DNA from: Kondoa subrosea
Lineage: Eukaryota
NCBI GenBank assembly: GCA_039545335.1
Contig: BCIN01000003.1
Span: forward strand, 124,001 to 188,000
Reading direction: 5' to 3'
DNA: 64,000 nucleotides
In this document: positions 41,394 through 53,974 of the stretch, one piece after another
Numbering within the stretch: position 1 is the stretch's first letter
Layout of the letters: each line of letters begins with the position of its first letter
Notes under the pieces: model-generated
Told to the model about the DNA's origin: nothing
What the model saw: only the letters and a program-made list of their open reading frames with translations
Database searches by the model: none
Position numbers and translations under genes: made by a program

Positions 41394-42364
41394 ATGAGCA
41401 GCCAAGCAAGCAGCTCGAGTCAAGCGAATGATCGCAACCCTCTTGATTATGAGATTGTTTGGCTCGACACTTTGAACGGTAAGCTCTGACTACGATGGCC
41501 TCCGCTGTGAACTTACTCGCTCTCGTACAGATGAAGAGATAGATCACTTCGCAAAACTCATGACGGAAGCTTTTCCAGATGGTGAGCAATCTTTCATATA
41601 GCTTCTCTTCTATATTCTGACTACCGCGTCGAAGATCCTTCAATGACTTATCTCATCGGCAACAAGTATCACGACAATCCGCAAACTTGGCAACTTGTTT
41701 TCCAGGCGAAATTACTGCAAGATGTTCAAGGTCAAGGGACTTTATACATTACCAACAAGTCTAGAACAGCTTTCCGTCTATTTCGACAACCTGGTTCCAT
41801 AAAGGCGAAAATGACCACTGAAACGTACGCTCTTCTTTCTCGCCTTCATCTTCCTCCCGAGCTAACAACTTTTACAGGAATAAATACTATGCAGCTTTCG
41901 TTAAGATGATAGATCTTCCTGCCTTCGAGAAGAGGATGGGCGAAGTAAGTCTTCAGTCCATATTATATGTATGCCATCTAACAATACTTGTAGGCAATGC
42001 AAGTCTCTCAAGAAGCGGAATTAGCAGCTTTTGGACCAGATAGCTCATCGAAAGCTGTTTACACCAAAGCTTTGACTGTTCGACCTGATCGGCAAAGGAG
42101 AGGTATTGGTTCTGCTATTCAAGATGCAGCCGAAGCGAGGGTGAGTGATCTGCTCGAACTATGAGACAAAAGCTCAAAGCAAGTTTTTAGGCGAAAGAGC
42201 TGGACTATCCTCTTAGGTTCGATACACTTGGCAATACACTTGATATGTACCTCAAGAGGGGCTATGTAATCAGAGGGAAACAGCAACCGCTCAAGAGTAA
42301 TCCTGCTGGACAGGAAAGCTATTGGCTGGAGCTTGATTGTAGCAAGCGAAATGAAGCTCAATGA
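41394..42364 (+). CDS. GNAT-family acetyltransferase-like protein
   Basis: Multi-exon frame from ATG 41394. Motif A 'LTVRPDRQRRGIGSAI' and motif B-like 'LDMYLKRGY'. Confidence 0.72.
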
Positions 42365-42498
42365 TCTGCATTCCGCAGCTCATATCCTGCAGAGCTTGGA
42401 TGCAGCTACGGCCTCTCGAAAAATTGAATAATGTAATTCAACTCAATGCTGTACAATATACACAATTATATACAACCGACCCAAAGTGCTGATTTGGA

Positions 42499-44467
42499 TC
42501 AGTTATCCTTGTCGTAGAAATGCTCTCTGCAATAGGCTGCAAAGGTGGTAAGTATAGACTAATTGCAAAGGCGACGAAGAACGAACGACTCTTCTGTCTT
42601 AAAGCAGGACCATTAAACCTGTGATTAAGTTGTCAACCTACTCTGCGCCATTAACAGCATCAAAGTCACCTCAGTACAAACATCAAGGGACATATCGCCA
42701 GAGCCAAAAATGCAACGAGAGTCAGACTCCATTGATTGCCTAAGCGTTCAAACATCTGGCGAGAGAACTGAAGAAATGGGGTTGATATTTTAGCTTGAAA
42801 CGACACAGACATCAATAGCTGGTGACTTGCAAGAGGGAAAGCCGCTCCTGCGACATTCCGTACCAAGACACTCGCACCTAATGCTGAAGCAGCATAATGT
42901 CCATACGAGTCGTGTAGGTAGACTGAGACGGTATTGATCACTGAGAAGAATCCAATACCAAAGATACTGGTGCCGATTAATGGCGCGATCCAAGGAAGTG
43001 CTGGGTAAGATGTCCAAGCAAATATGAAAAGTCCAACAGGTAGACACCAAGTCATATATAGCGATGGAATAGCTCTCGCTTCAGGTGTACTCAGACCATT
43101 ATTGGCTTTTAGATGTTTTGCATAAACTCTTTCAGCCAAAGGAGAGGTGAGAAGACCAATGGTTAGTCCAATTACTACAGAAACTTGAGTAAGATTGACT
43201 AATCCAGAATTTGTCCACCTGAAAGCTCTGTCGGTATGAACATCACAGAGTAAGAATTTCTTACCCTTTTCCAGTCGGTGCTGGCTGCGCAAATACGAAT
43301 CTGTAGTGTTGCATGAGCCCAGATCATTGCATGAATAAATAAAGACACACGAAAATCCCTCATTGAACATGAACAGGATACCAAAGCATAGACCATTGTA
43401 AGCGCTTGCAAACATAGTGACTGTAAAAGACACATGAGATTAAGCCGTCCACTACTCCTTGCACGGCTTACTCGGCTCTGTAGCCAGGAATTTCCAAGGT
43501 CTCAACAAAGACTTGCTGAATAGATGTTTTAGCTTCAACTGATCTTCGTGAGGTCCTTTTAGATCCGGATTGTTGTACATCATCCTCATTCTTTGAGCTC
43601 GTTTCTTCAAGATTTGCGTATCTCGAGTTTCAGGCATAAAGAGGAACAAGAAGATGAACCAAGTAAGGTAGATGATCAGAAGGACCCAAAAACTCCATCT
43701 GAATCCTTTCTTGAACGCAATCCAACCAGTCACAACAACTCCTAAATCAGGTCCAACAGTAGAAGCCCTATTTCTGGTGAGTATGACCAGATTTAAGAAG
43801 GCAACATCCCGCTACTCACCAAGCGTAGAGCGCTATGCCGTAGCCTGCATTGTCTCGACTATACAGATCATGCACTGTTCCGCCAACCATGGCTAATGGT
43901 GGACCAGCGAATAAGCCTTGAAGCAGTCGACATATCAGAAACCCAGAAGTACTGCAAACGTTTTCAGGTGCGAGTCTGTATAGATCAGACAGAAGGAATT
44001 ACGTTTGCACTAAGGCCAAAGGTAGCTGAAAGATGGCGAATAGAAACCAAGAAATGAGATATATAGGACGCCGTCCAAAGTACTCAGACAAAGGACCTCC
44101 AACGATAGGCTAAGAGAATCTTAGTAAGCAGGACCAACTTGGCTTGTACACTCAATGAGCAATTCACACCAATTGCAATGCCCAGAACGAATAGCGATAG
44201 ACCAAGGGTGGTTACTTCAGCTCCAATCCCAAATGTTTCCCCTACTTCCTCAGCGGCAGTCGGTATAGCTGATATAGACATGCCGAGTAGTACATTGAGC
44301 GAGCAAGCCAGGCAGACCAGGAAGCGTTTCCTGGCATTGCTCCATTCTCTTGGGTTTCCTGGATCCTTAGCTTCAAATGTGACCAAATTCGGGTCTGGCT
44401 TTGATTCGAGGCCGTTTATCGCTTGCTCTTCATAGACTATCGCTTGATCCTTGTTCGGCTTGCCCAT
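42499..44467 (-). CDS. MFS transporter, DHA1 (drug:H+ antiporter) type
   Basis: 'DP.NPREWS..RK', 'EVTTLGLSLFVLGIAIG', 'GPLSEYFGRRPIY', 'MPETR...ILKKRA' and 'YLHDSYGHYAASALGA...RN..GAAFPL'. Confidence 0.93.
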
Positions 44468-44890
44468 TCCGTGGGCAATCTTAATAGCTCCTCTCAGACA
44501 GCAGAACTTCGTGGTACTATGACGAGCGAGTAAATAATAATATCAGTCTGCCGAATCGTCGGCAAAGAGGGCGGAAGCATTTAGGAAGGATTGACGCGAA
44601 GAGCAGTCTACAGATGCTGAGCGCGACTCATATAGCGAAGTTGAACAAACTAAGGATAGAGGAAGAACTTCCATTCACATTGGTCTTTTCTATAGCTCAA
44701 AGACGACCGCTACAGCTTACGTTGCTTCAGCATATAGCTGCGTCGGGAGATCTTACATGGACGGGCGCGAGAACCTAATCGGAACCAAAACAAAAGTGGT
44801 CATGTGCATCAGCGAGCAAATTTGTCGGTGCAGGCATCGCCTTTGCAGCCTTTCTTACATTTGTCAGAGAATCGGTTGAATACAATGCCT

Positions 44891-45930
44891 TCATTCCTCG
44901 GCCTTCTTCACCGCAGCGTACTTGCTTTGCGTTCTGGAAGTACCCGCAGCAACCCCGATTTTGTAGCAGAGAACGATGGTAAAGAGCATCAGCAATGCCG
45001 TGCAGACAATCTTCAGCATCTTCATCCTGTAATGATGCAGGTCAACGAGCGTAAATCGAAAAATGAGCATACTGTCGTACCTTGCAGCCCGGACTCGATA
45101 TTTGCTGTGCTTATTGCCCTTGTTGATGATAAGCAGAAAGTAGCGAATGTTGTCCTTGCACACCAAATAAAAGAAATACAACAGAAGGAACTAAAACTTT
45201 CAGTGAGCACCAGCTGCGGTGGAAAGGGCAAAGTAAAGGACTCACAGGCATGCAGATCAAGCGCAACAGTCCAACGAACCACGATAATAATACCTGACCG
45301 ACAGTTCTGCTGACTTGTCCTACCACTTCTAACCTTACCACCATCTGACTGTTCTGATCTGGTGCAGTTTCGGAACGAAGGATAATCAATTGATCTTGAA
45401 TAGCCATCAAATCTTCTTTTACAACATTCATCACGTGATTCTGAACCAACCCTGTACCAGTTTGAGGGACACGGACTTTGGTAGCGCGAAGCATTTGAGC
45501 AAGAGTTTCTTCCAATTGACGAAAACCGTAAATCTGATGTAAACCATTTGCGAAAGCGAATTGATTGAAGACAGCAATATGAACTTCGACTGCTTTAGTC
45601 AAAGTTTCATGATCTGATTGCGATACTTTGTTCTGGATAGCTGCATCATAGTCGATGGAAAGAGCAGTAAAAGACTTGTAGAGCTTGGAAGCTAAAGCAC
45701 CAAGAGCGTCGATAGAGGTCTGATTGCGAGACACCAGAGGGAATGAGCTATGTTTAAGGCTTTCTACGACTCACCTGAGACGGCGGCTGGTTGAGCCGTA
45801 GCGTCACGCGCAAAGAGCCCTTGTTGACGCTTGTGGAAGCAGCAGGAGGACTTTCCAGAGTAAGCAAGGTGCCAGAGTTGGTGGTCGAGGTGTATGATGC
45901 AAACGAGGAACACTCGCTTGTGGTTGAGCT
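44891..45930 (-). CDS. Hypothetical protein with two C-terminal hydrophobic segments; 5' end not resolved
   Basis: Phase-compatible exons: '..LNQPPSQ|TSIDALGALASKLY...DQNSQMV|VLLSWFVGLLRLICMP|FLLLYFFYLVCK..' and '..MLKIVCTALLMLFTIVLCYKIGVAAG..KKAEE*'. Confidence 0.55.
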
Positions 45931-46656
45931 GATAGAAATCACGTAAGAGGATCAACTTTTGGATTGCGGGCTCATCGACAGTCAAGATGAAGCTTTCGTA
46001 TTGAGAATTGAAAATTGAAGAGAGAGAGAGAAAGCGACAGCCTGCGAACAGACTGACAAACAAGAGAGTACAAGAAGATACAAGAAGATACTTTCAGAGG
46101 TGAGATCGGATCTACAAGACTAGCGGCCGTTACAGCATCCTTGGCGATGAAGGCAGAAACCAGCTGGCAAGAGCTCGAGTTCACAGGTTCCGTCAGATCT
46201 TTGCTTAAGTGCTTGCATTCGAGTTGCATTCGACCGAAGTGAATTGTCTGTTCTTCTCCTGGTAATAGTTCTGTGCACAAGGCTAGAAGGAGTCGCTGAA
46301 GCTTTCAAGCAGTCCTTGAGCTTCAAAGCATTGTTGCGAGCTGTTCTGAGCAATTCTGATACCGGAACCTAAACATTGTTTTGTTCTCTCTGCTATCCGA
46401 ATGCTGTACAAAGTTTAAGACAATACGTTGCGAGATATTTGCTGCAGTTGGTACTTGCGTTGCACTAGAGATGTGTTCTGTTCGCTGTTTGCATGAAATG
46501 AACAATTTGGGCGGATCTGGATCTGCAGGCCCGCAATGACCTCTGTCGAGTCATCGTCTCAGATAACGCTCGCTCAGGGTGGAAAGCTGACTGCTACAGA
46601 TTCACTAGAAGCGTTCAATTGAAAGATGCGCAATTGCAGCATATGCCAATAATATC

Positions 46657-48195
46657 TCAATGCAGGTGTTTAGCTGACTCGCTAACCCAATCGTGCGCGC
46701 CTTCGAAGCCATTCCTGCTCACAACTATGAGCGATTCGCAAAGAGCGATCCTTACAAACTTACGAAGCAGTTGAGTAATCATAGAACGCTTGCTGAATTC
46801 CAGCATTTGAGTCCATCACGAACTATATTCACAACCAGAAATCAGCCATATAATCTACATGAAGCTGCTGACTCACAGGCCCATGCTGCACTACTTGCTG
46901 ATTGAGCGGTTCTCCAGCACTGATGCAGCATCGTCAATTCTCCGTGGTCAAAAAGATCAGGATGTGAGCTTACATCAAGATCATTCTCGTTTGATCATCT
47001 CCTGCTTCCAGCACAACACCAGTCTCCGTTCCGTTATTTGTCAATACAACCGTGTGAAACTTCTCAATAGCTTTATCACCGCCGAAAGAAACCGAGCCAG
47101 TCAGGATATAAGCGAAAGCGTTCCATCCTAGCGGTAATTTCTGAGTAGTCTTGGATCCATTCTTTGCTAATCGGATATCCAGATACCAACAACCACCTTT
47201 ACTCCTCACTGGCGATTCTACTGATCCTTCCGACTTCGATCCTGTAGCTTTGCCGCTGATGACCTGCTTCGTGCTATGAGCATGCTTACAGATTGTACTA
47301 TGTGATAGATTGACCTTGATCTCTACATCCGAAGAAGGATGAGCTCTAGGCAGTTCAGAATCCTTTTTCTCCTGATAGTCCGGATCATCGAGTTTATGGG
47401 CTTTGGGTAGATCGATCCTACTCAAGTTTGAGCACATGGTATTGAAGGAAGAATAGACTTACCAAAGCTGTAAGCCGACTGGATCGGGTAAACCTGGACC
47501 ATGGATTGGCATTTCGCTATGTACTCTGATATGAAAGCCATTAGTGCAGTTTTGGAACTAAAGCAGTAGAGCTCACATTCCCTTCCCAGCCTCTATGAAG
47601 AGAATGAGCCTCTTCTCTTAAATATGATTGGGAAGGACTTACGCATCCATTGCACATCGCCTGACAACGAATTCTTCAGTCCCAGTAAGTAATAAGCACA
47701 GCTAGAAACGTACCAGGCTCGATGATTCCTTTATGTTTCCTGAAATCTTCATGCTGTACTTTGCCATCGAGCATATACTGTAAGTTTACGGTTACTCAGC
47801 TCAAACAGAGCACAGTGATTCGTCAAACTTACTGTTATAGTAGCTTGACCGCGATCTATCTGGATTATCAGTTCTCCCGTACTGAGTGGAAGAAGAAGGG
47901 CGCGTACGAGGACTATTAGACAAGCTCAGTATGGATGCTCAGTATTTGCATCAGATTACTTACTGTTCTGCGAAACCGCTTCCTTCTCCTATCTTGAAAT
48001 GACTAGTTGCAAGCACCCATTCAACCATACATTCTTTCTGCCAAGGAAGAAGGCTTACTCGAGCATCAAGAAAGGTGAAAGATTCCTCAATCTAGGTGTA
48101 CCTATAGATCTACGGACAGTGACACCAACGCCTTCGCCTTGTTCTAGAGCTTCTACGCTCTTTGCTACAGTTCTCGAGGTGATAGATTCAGACAT
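46657..48195 (-). CDS. Pirin (cupin) family protein
   Basis: 'EQGEGVGVTVRRSIG...LRNLSPFLML', spliced 'GFAEHPHRGQ', 'HEDFR..KG.IEPGDVQWM.AG.GI', 'GLQLWIDLP' and 'GEPLNQ.VVQHGPFVM'. Confidence 0.93.
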
Positions 48196-48435
48196 TATTG
48201 CGTTGGTGCTCGACTTGGAATCGCTTGTAAGATAGACAGATAAAGCTAAGAAGAAAAGAGAAACGAAAGTCTTAAAGACTGCAGTGCTCATAAGAGGACA
48301 CAAGAGCAAACACAGCAGAGCAGAACTTGGCTGAACCGGAGATAGAGATGTGATGATTAATAATCAAGATGAGTTGACAGCCAACGGCGATACCCATCCT
48401 CTCAGTAAATCCGGATATACACTGCAGCAGCGACA

Positions 48436-49206
48436 ATGAGACGTAATGTAGGCATCAGCGGGTTGCAGCGTCAAACAGAAAGCAGGGCGAGCTACACACA
48501 ACTAGGCGAAAGCATCTCAGCTACTCAATTAACCCAGCTGGACGGCCAGCTCAAGACATTTCAAACAGCCCTTAGGACATTTGCTACCAAGCATAGAACG
48601 AAAATCATCTCTGATCCAGTGTTTCGTCAACATTTCTCTACAATGTGCTCAGAACTCGACATTGATCCCTTAGGAGCTGGAAAGAAAGGAGTATGGGACT
48701 ATTTAGGCGTAGGAGATTGGACTTATGGTTTGGCTGTTCAAGTGGTTGATGTTTGCTTGCGAACGAGGGAACGCAACGGAGGCCTGATTGAGATGAAGCA
48801 ACTCTTGCAAGGCGTCACTAAGCTTCGGACTGGCTCTACGACAGAAGAAGATAAGACTAGTGCTATTACTACAAACGATATTGCTCGCGCTATAAAATCT
48901 TTGGAAGCTTTGGGTTGCGGTTACGAAATCATTACCTTGGAAGGAAGCAAAGAGAAACTGGTTCGAAGCGTTCCTCAAGCTTTCGACACCGATTCTCTTG
49001 TCTTGATGGAATGTGCTGCTCAACTAGGCAAGGGTTATGTAACGGAACAAGATCTGGTCGATTATACTCGAAGTACCAAAGTTTGGGTCCTGCAAAGAGC
49101 TGTCAGCGCTCTGAATAAAGCTCTTATGGAAGACGGGCTCGTGTGGGTTGATGAGCAAGCTTCAGGAGGAAGACATTATTGGGTCACAGCACTTGTCACC
49201 TTTTGA
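48436..49206 (+). CDS. SNF8: ESCRT-II subunit Snf8/Vps22, intronless
   Basis: 'MRR.VGI.GL', 'FATKH...I..DP.FR..F..MC....IDPL', 'LGVGDW.Y.LAVQVVDVC..TR.RNGGL' and 'G.VWVDEQ'. Confidence 0.96.
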   Translation: MRRNVGISGLQRQTESRASYTQLGESISATQLTQLDGQLKTFQTALRTFATKHRTKIISDPVFRQHFSTMCSELDIDPLGAGKKGVWDYLGVGDWTYGLAVQVVDVCLRTRERNGGLIEMKQLLQGVTKLRTGSTTEEDKTSAITTNDIARAIKSLEALGCGYEIITLEGSKEKLVRSVPQAFDTDSLVLMECAAQLGKGYVTEQDLVDYTRSTKVWVLQRAVSALNKALMEDGLVWVDEQASGGRHYWVTALVTF

Positions 49207-49607
49207 CCGCGAACTTTGGAGAAGCGCCGTAGCCGAAATTACAAGTATGAAGGACGCTTGAACATCTGATACACACTCCGTCAGACCAAGAACCAGACAA
49301 GATCAACACAGGGATCAAAATTTCGACTGCTTCCAATTCTATCGCCCTCAAACTCTATATCTGGACAGATGAAGGGCGTCGAACGAGTACCTATTACACT
49401 GTGTGAGCTGAGCGATAATCAGCTTAACAGCCTCAATTTCTGGATCTGGTGACACTTGCGGCATTTACGGTAGCTTAAAGAGCGCATCCTATAAATGCGT
49501 CTCGAACATCAATTTCTTCCTGTCCTGACCTCCATCTCCAATACAAACGCCTACAGAGAATTATTCGCGCGTTCTTAATTTGATCTGTATTATTTTGATC
49601 ACGTAAG

Positions 49608-51947
49608 ATGGGCTTGCCAAAAGTCAGTTTTTCCAATATGCACGGTTCGCGTAACTCACGACTCATGTATCCAGTTGATGGGGCCGATTGTTTGGCCAGT
49701 CTTGGTGCGCAACGATGATCTAATATCTTGTGTGGAGCTTATTTCGAAACTGCAGAACATCGATCGAATGCCAGCATGCAACCTCACCAAAATCACTCCT
49801 GAACAATGTGCCTACAAAGAAAAAGCCTTTCGAAACTGGTACAAAGCGGATCTCGTTTATGGACAAGGGACAATCTATGCTTTCCTTATCGTTATTGGAT
49901 TCTTTATCTTCCTTCATCTTTTCAATGGTACTCGACTGGCTCGAGTACTGCCAAAGAAATTAAAAGCAGCTTGGGGATACTTGAACAGCAAAAGATATTC
50001 GCTTGGGAAATGGTCTACCTTCTCTTTGGGTGTTGGTCTGCTTGTGGGAACGCTCATAACCTTCACTTTCGCTTTCTCTCTTGGACCAAAACCTTATTAC
50101 TGGTGAGTTCTTCTTCCTTTCGCAAACCTGTTGAAGCTAAATAAAATGCATAGGAACACTATTGCATTAGGCGATTCTCCACCTTTAGTGAGTTTAAACT
50201 ATTCGGCTAAGCGTTGTGACCTGACCATTAGTGCAGGCTACTCGTACTGGCTGGATTTCAATTGCTATGCTACCTTTCTGCATGTAAAGCTCTACCTTCG
50301 GAACATCTTTTCTTGTACTAATATGGACATATAGCGTTTTCGCTGCCAAGTTCAATTGGGTTACTCTTTTCACTGGAGTCTCGCATGAGAAGCTTCAAGT
50401 GATGCATAGATGGGTGAGTTCTCGATCACATGGCTTATGACCATCTCTGATGTCCTTTGTACCGCGAAGACCGCCTGGATGATGTATCTGACCGCTCTAT
50501 TACATACCTTCCCTTTCATTCGTCGGGAAGTCAAATACGGCACTTGGAAGGAATCTTACTCCACGGATCCAATCTACTGGACCGGAATTGCCGCTTTGAT
50601 CCCTCAGGTATGTTGGAGTTGTCTACTGTTATTATCCGATGAATTAATGATTCAACAGACTTGGCTTGTTGCTATGAGCTTTGGTCCAATCAGAAACGCT
50701 TTCTATGAAACTTTCAAGTTCTTGCATCGCTTGGCTGCACTACTCTTTGTCATCTTCCTGTGATTTTTTGTCATATTCTGGTATTAGCGAATTCTGACTA
50801 TCTCATCTTCCACAGCTTCATTCACTGCGGGAACATCCTCACTTCTTGGTACTGCCTGCTCTTGCTCAATATTCAGTTTATACTAATCGATCTTCTTTAG
50901 GAATTACTTCATTGTTCTCGCTCCTCTTTACGTATCTCTTCTTGTCTTCCGATGGGGTCGAACAGCCTTCAGAGGTGTCCATAAAGCTCAAATGGAAGTC
51001 ATGCCCGGAAACAGCATGGTGAAGATTACCGTTCCTAGTTTAGACATGGCGTGGTCTGCTGGTCAACATGTCTTCGTGCGATTCCTTGGAATGGGCATTC
51101 ACAATATGACCAATCATCCTTTCACGTATGTTTAAATCTCTTGACCGTCGGTACCGACTCACTTAAACCGATGTTTCTACAGTATCAGTAGTATTATGGA
51201 ACCTGGAAGACGTCAACAAAGCCTAACCTTCTATGTCAAAGCACATGGTGGTCTTACAGCTCGATTGCCCAGGAAAGCAGGCCAGATCAAAGTTCTGCTC
51301 GACGGACCATACGGCAACATCAGCGAAGACTACATTGGTGTAAATAAAGTAGTCTTGGTTGGTGGCGGCTCGGGAGGAAGCTTCATCATGCCTTTAGTAC
51401 AAGAATTGGCTACTCTGTTGCCTTCTGATATGCAAGTTGTTCTCGTTTGGGCAACCAGAACTTCAGGTGGGCATATCAATCTATAAAACAAAAGTTGAAC
51501 TCAAGTGATGTATCAGAATCTGCACAATGGTTCACCCAAGGCATTTCTTCACCGGTCGCCGAACTTGGCGATCGAGTGCAAGTCCGTGTTCATATCACGA
51601 ACGATTCGAACTTGGAGAAGACTACTTCCAGAGCATCTAGTGGTGAAGAGTCAGAGAAAGGATCTCCGTCACTCAGCGCCTCCCAAGATCTTTCTTCCTT
51701 TGCTTTTGGTCGACCAAACTTACCTGAAATCATTCATGCTGAGGCTGCAAAAAGTCAGAGGATGGTCGTATACAGTAAGTACAGTCTGTAATTCTGTTCT
51801 GAATGATCTGAGCTTTGTGCAGGTTGTGGACCAGCCTCGTTATCTTCCGATGTGTCTAATGCCGTTGCTGAATTGCAACTGTCAATCATGAAGGGAACTT
51901 CAAGCTGCAAAGAGATTCGCTTGCATGACGAGGCGTATGGGTGGTAG
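49608..51947 (+). CDS. Ferric/cupric reductase-like transmembrane flavocytochrome (FRE family)
   Basis: 'FTGVSHEKLQVMHRW', 'IRNAFYETFKFLHR', 'WSAGQHVFVRF', FAD motif 'HPFT', 'LDGPYG', NADPH motif 'LVGGGSGGSF', 'CGP' and terminal 'E.YGW*'. Confidence 0.92.
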
Positions 51948-52211
51948 ATTTTTGGGGACAGCGGTTTCGCATTATGCATTTACGACTCTCATGGATTTAT
52001 GATTATGTTCGGTTCCATACAATCAATGAATCATTCAATACCATTAGTATTCCAGATCTGTATGTTCCGGTATTGCCATTGACAAGATATCTGTGCTTCC
52101 GCGTAGTGCAAAGGTAAATATTGAGTTACATGGGTACAACACAATGAATACTCCATACAACCCATTACTGCCAAAGGAGCGCATCCATAGCAAACTGCAA
52201 ACTCTGCCTTC

Positions 52212-53827
52212 TCATCCTATCAGAGGCTTTCGTATCCCGAAGTCAGGTAGGACTACTTTGCCCTTTGCATGTTGAAGAATGTTATGAGGTACATTCTCCA
52301 CCGCTTCTTCGTCTATACTTGCTTGTCGTTGTACTTTGAACCTGCTAGCGCTGGAAGATCGACCATCTACCGCTTTGAGAGCTTGAAGTTCAGACTTCAG
52401 GGTACTGTTTTCATTTTGAAGAGTCTTGTTTTCCGCTAAAGCATGTAAATGTTTCTAGAACCCACTCGTCAGCTATTCTGAGTAAAATCGAGGCAAGCGA
52501 GAGAGCAAAACGAACCTTCTTCACTTCGGATAACTCAAGTCTTATCTTTTGTACATTGGCAATCTTCTGAGCTGCATTATTGTGTCCTAATAGGCTTGCG
52601 TTCAAGTTCGAGAGATGCAGGGCATCACTTTCTGCTAAATCGTTTCTTGCTTGTAGTTCAGAGACGAGTTGTTGTAATTGAATGAATTGAATAGCAGTAG
52701 TTCTTAATTCTTTGAGTTCTTCTTCCGCTCTAACGCATCACGCATTGTCAGATTTTAGCTTTTCATTGCTCATATAAGGAATGCAATGAGAAACAAACTG
52801 ACTCTGATAATTCATTCTTTAACCCTTCTTCAGCAGCTCGAGAAAGACTCAACAAGCCAACCATTTTCCCTCTACTTTCTATTGCTTCTTCAGCTTTCAA
52901 GCGAGAGATTTCTTCCGCTTTCAAAGCGAGTTCAAGATCTTCTAACCTTTGTTCTGATTGAGTTTGCGCTTCTATCAGGGAAGTTTGTGTTTCCTGTAAG
53001 CTTGATTCGAGGGAAGCGGAATGGGCGAGAGAAGTTTGGAGGGAGGATTGGGTTTCGCTCAAAGTGGATAGAAGGTTAGCGTGTTCTGTAGATAGAGAAG
53101 ATAGAGCTGAAGAAGTAGCTGAGAGTTGATCTTGCAGAGAAGATTGATTGTCTGTCGATATACTGTTTGATAACGTAAGGAGGGAAGAAAGAGTTCTGGT
53201 TTGGGATTGAGAAGATGTTAGTTCCGCTTGAAGTACTTCTGTTTCTTTTGAGCATAAACGTAATTCAGTAGATAAGTAAGCTACGTCCTTCCTGTACTGT
53301 TTCCGGTCATCTGCATATGACTTGATGGCTCGCAAGTGTGCAGACTCCAATTGTCTCACTTCTGACCGTAAAGTGTCTCGTTCAATTTCCACTTCTTGCA
53401 AGGTTCCAAAGATCTCTTGCAATGCTGCAGTCTTGTCTGCTAACTTTCTTTCGAGCGAGAGTATTTGTAATGCTTGAGTATGTGAGGTATCTGACAAAGT
53501 TTGAGTTGATCGAGTATGCGAATCCACTTGAAATCGATAGAGCCATCTCAACGAGTCCACTGCATCTCTTGCTGCCTTATTCTGAGCTGCCTGTTCACTT
53601 TTGACGCGTTCATTGCATTGTTGTTTATTTCCCAATTCTGCTTCTAGAGCCAGTATTCGATTCCTCGCTTCAGCCAAGTCTACTTTCAGGGATGCTATCC
53701 TTTCTTGCCTATCGTCCTTTGATTTGGCATGCACTTGAACTAGTTCATTCAGTTTGTCACTCAAGAAAGGCACAGCGTCTGCTTGTTTCTTGAGATCCGC
53801 TATCAGCTTGCTCTTAGGCGTGGTCAT
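52212..53827 (-). CDS. Coiled-coil protein with HMMR/KIF15-type C-terminal motif
   Basis: Long heptad-rich ORF 52763-53827. A later exon reads 'LNASLLGHNNAAQKIANVQKIRLEL', resembling the LLGHQN..QKI HMMR_C motif. Confidence 0.72.
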
Positions 53828-53974
53828 CTGTCACTTTCCACAGGCTCTGAAGGGGTATATAACGAAGAATCGTTTGTTGACAACATTTCTAATTTCTGAA
53901 TTTACTCTCAAAACTTGGAGTAAGACCGTGACTCGAGAGCTTGTTGGAGGAAGGAAGGAAGGGAAGAAGCTTGG

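Noticed and set aside
44804..45313. 169 aa plus-strand ORF
   Set aside because: Antisense to a minus-strand gene with phase-consistent introns; probably a shadow ORF.
46000..46640. Possible gene between pirin and the hypothetical membrane protein
   Set aside because: Short open frames without a supportable start codon; could be UTR or unresolved 5' exons.
39125..51947. Amidase, GNAT, MFS, pirin and ferric reductase as a secondary-metabolite or siderophore cluster
   Set aside because: No backbone synthase (NRPS, PKS, NIS, terpene) is present and housekeeping genes such as SNF8 are interspersed.
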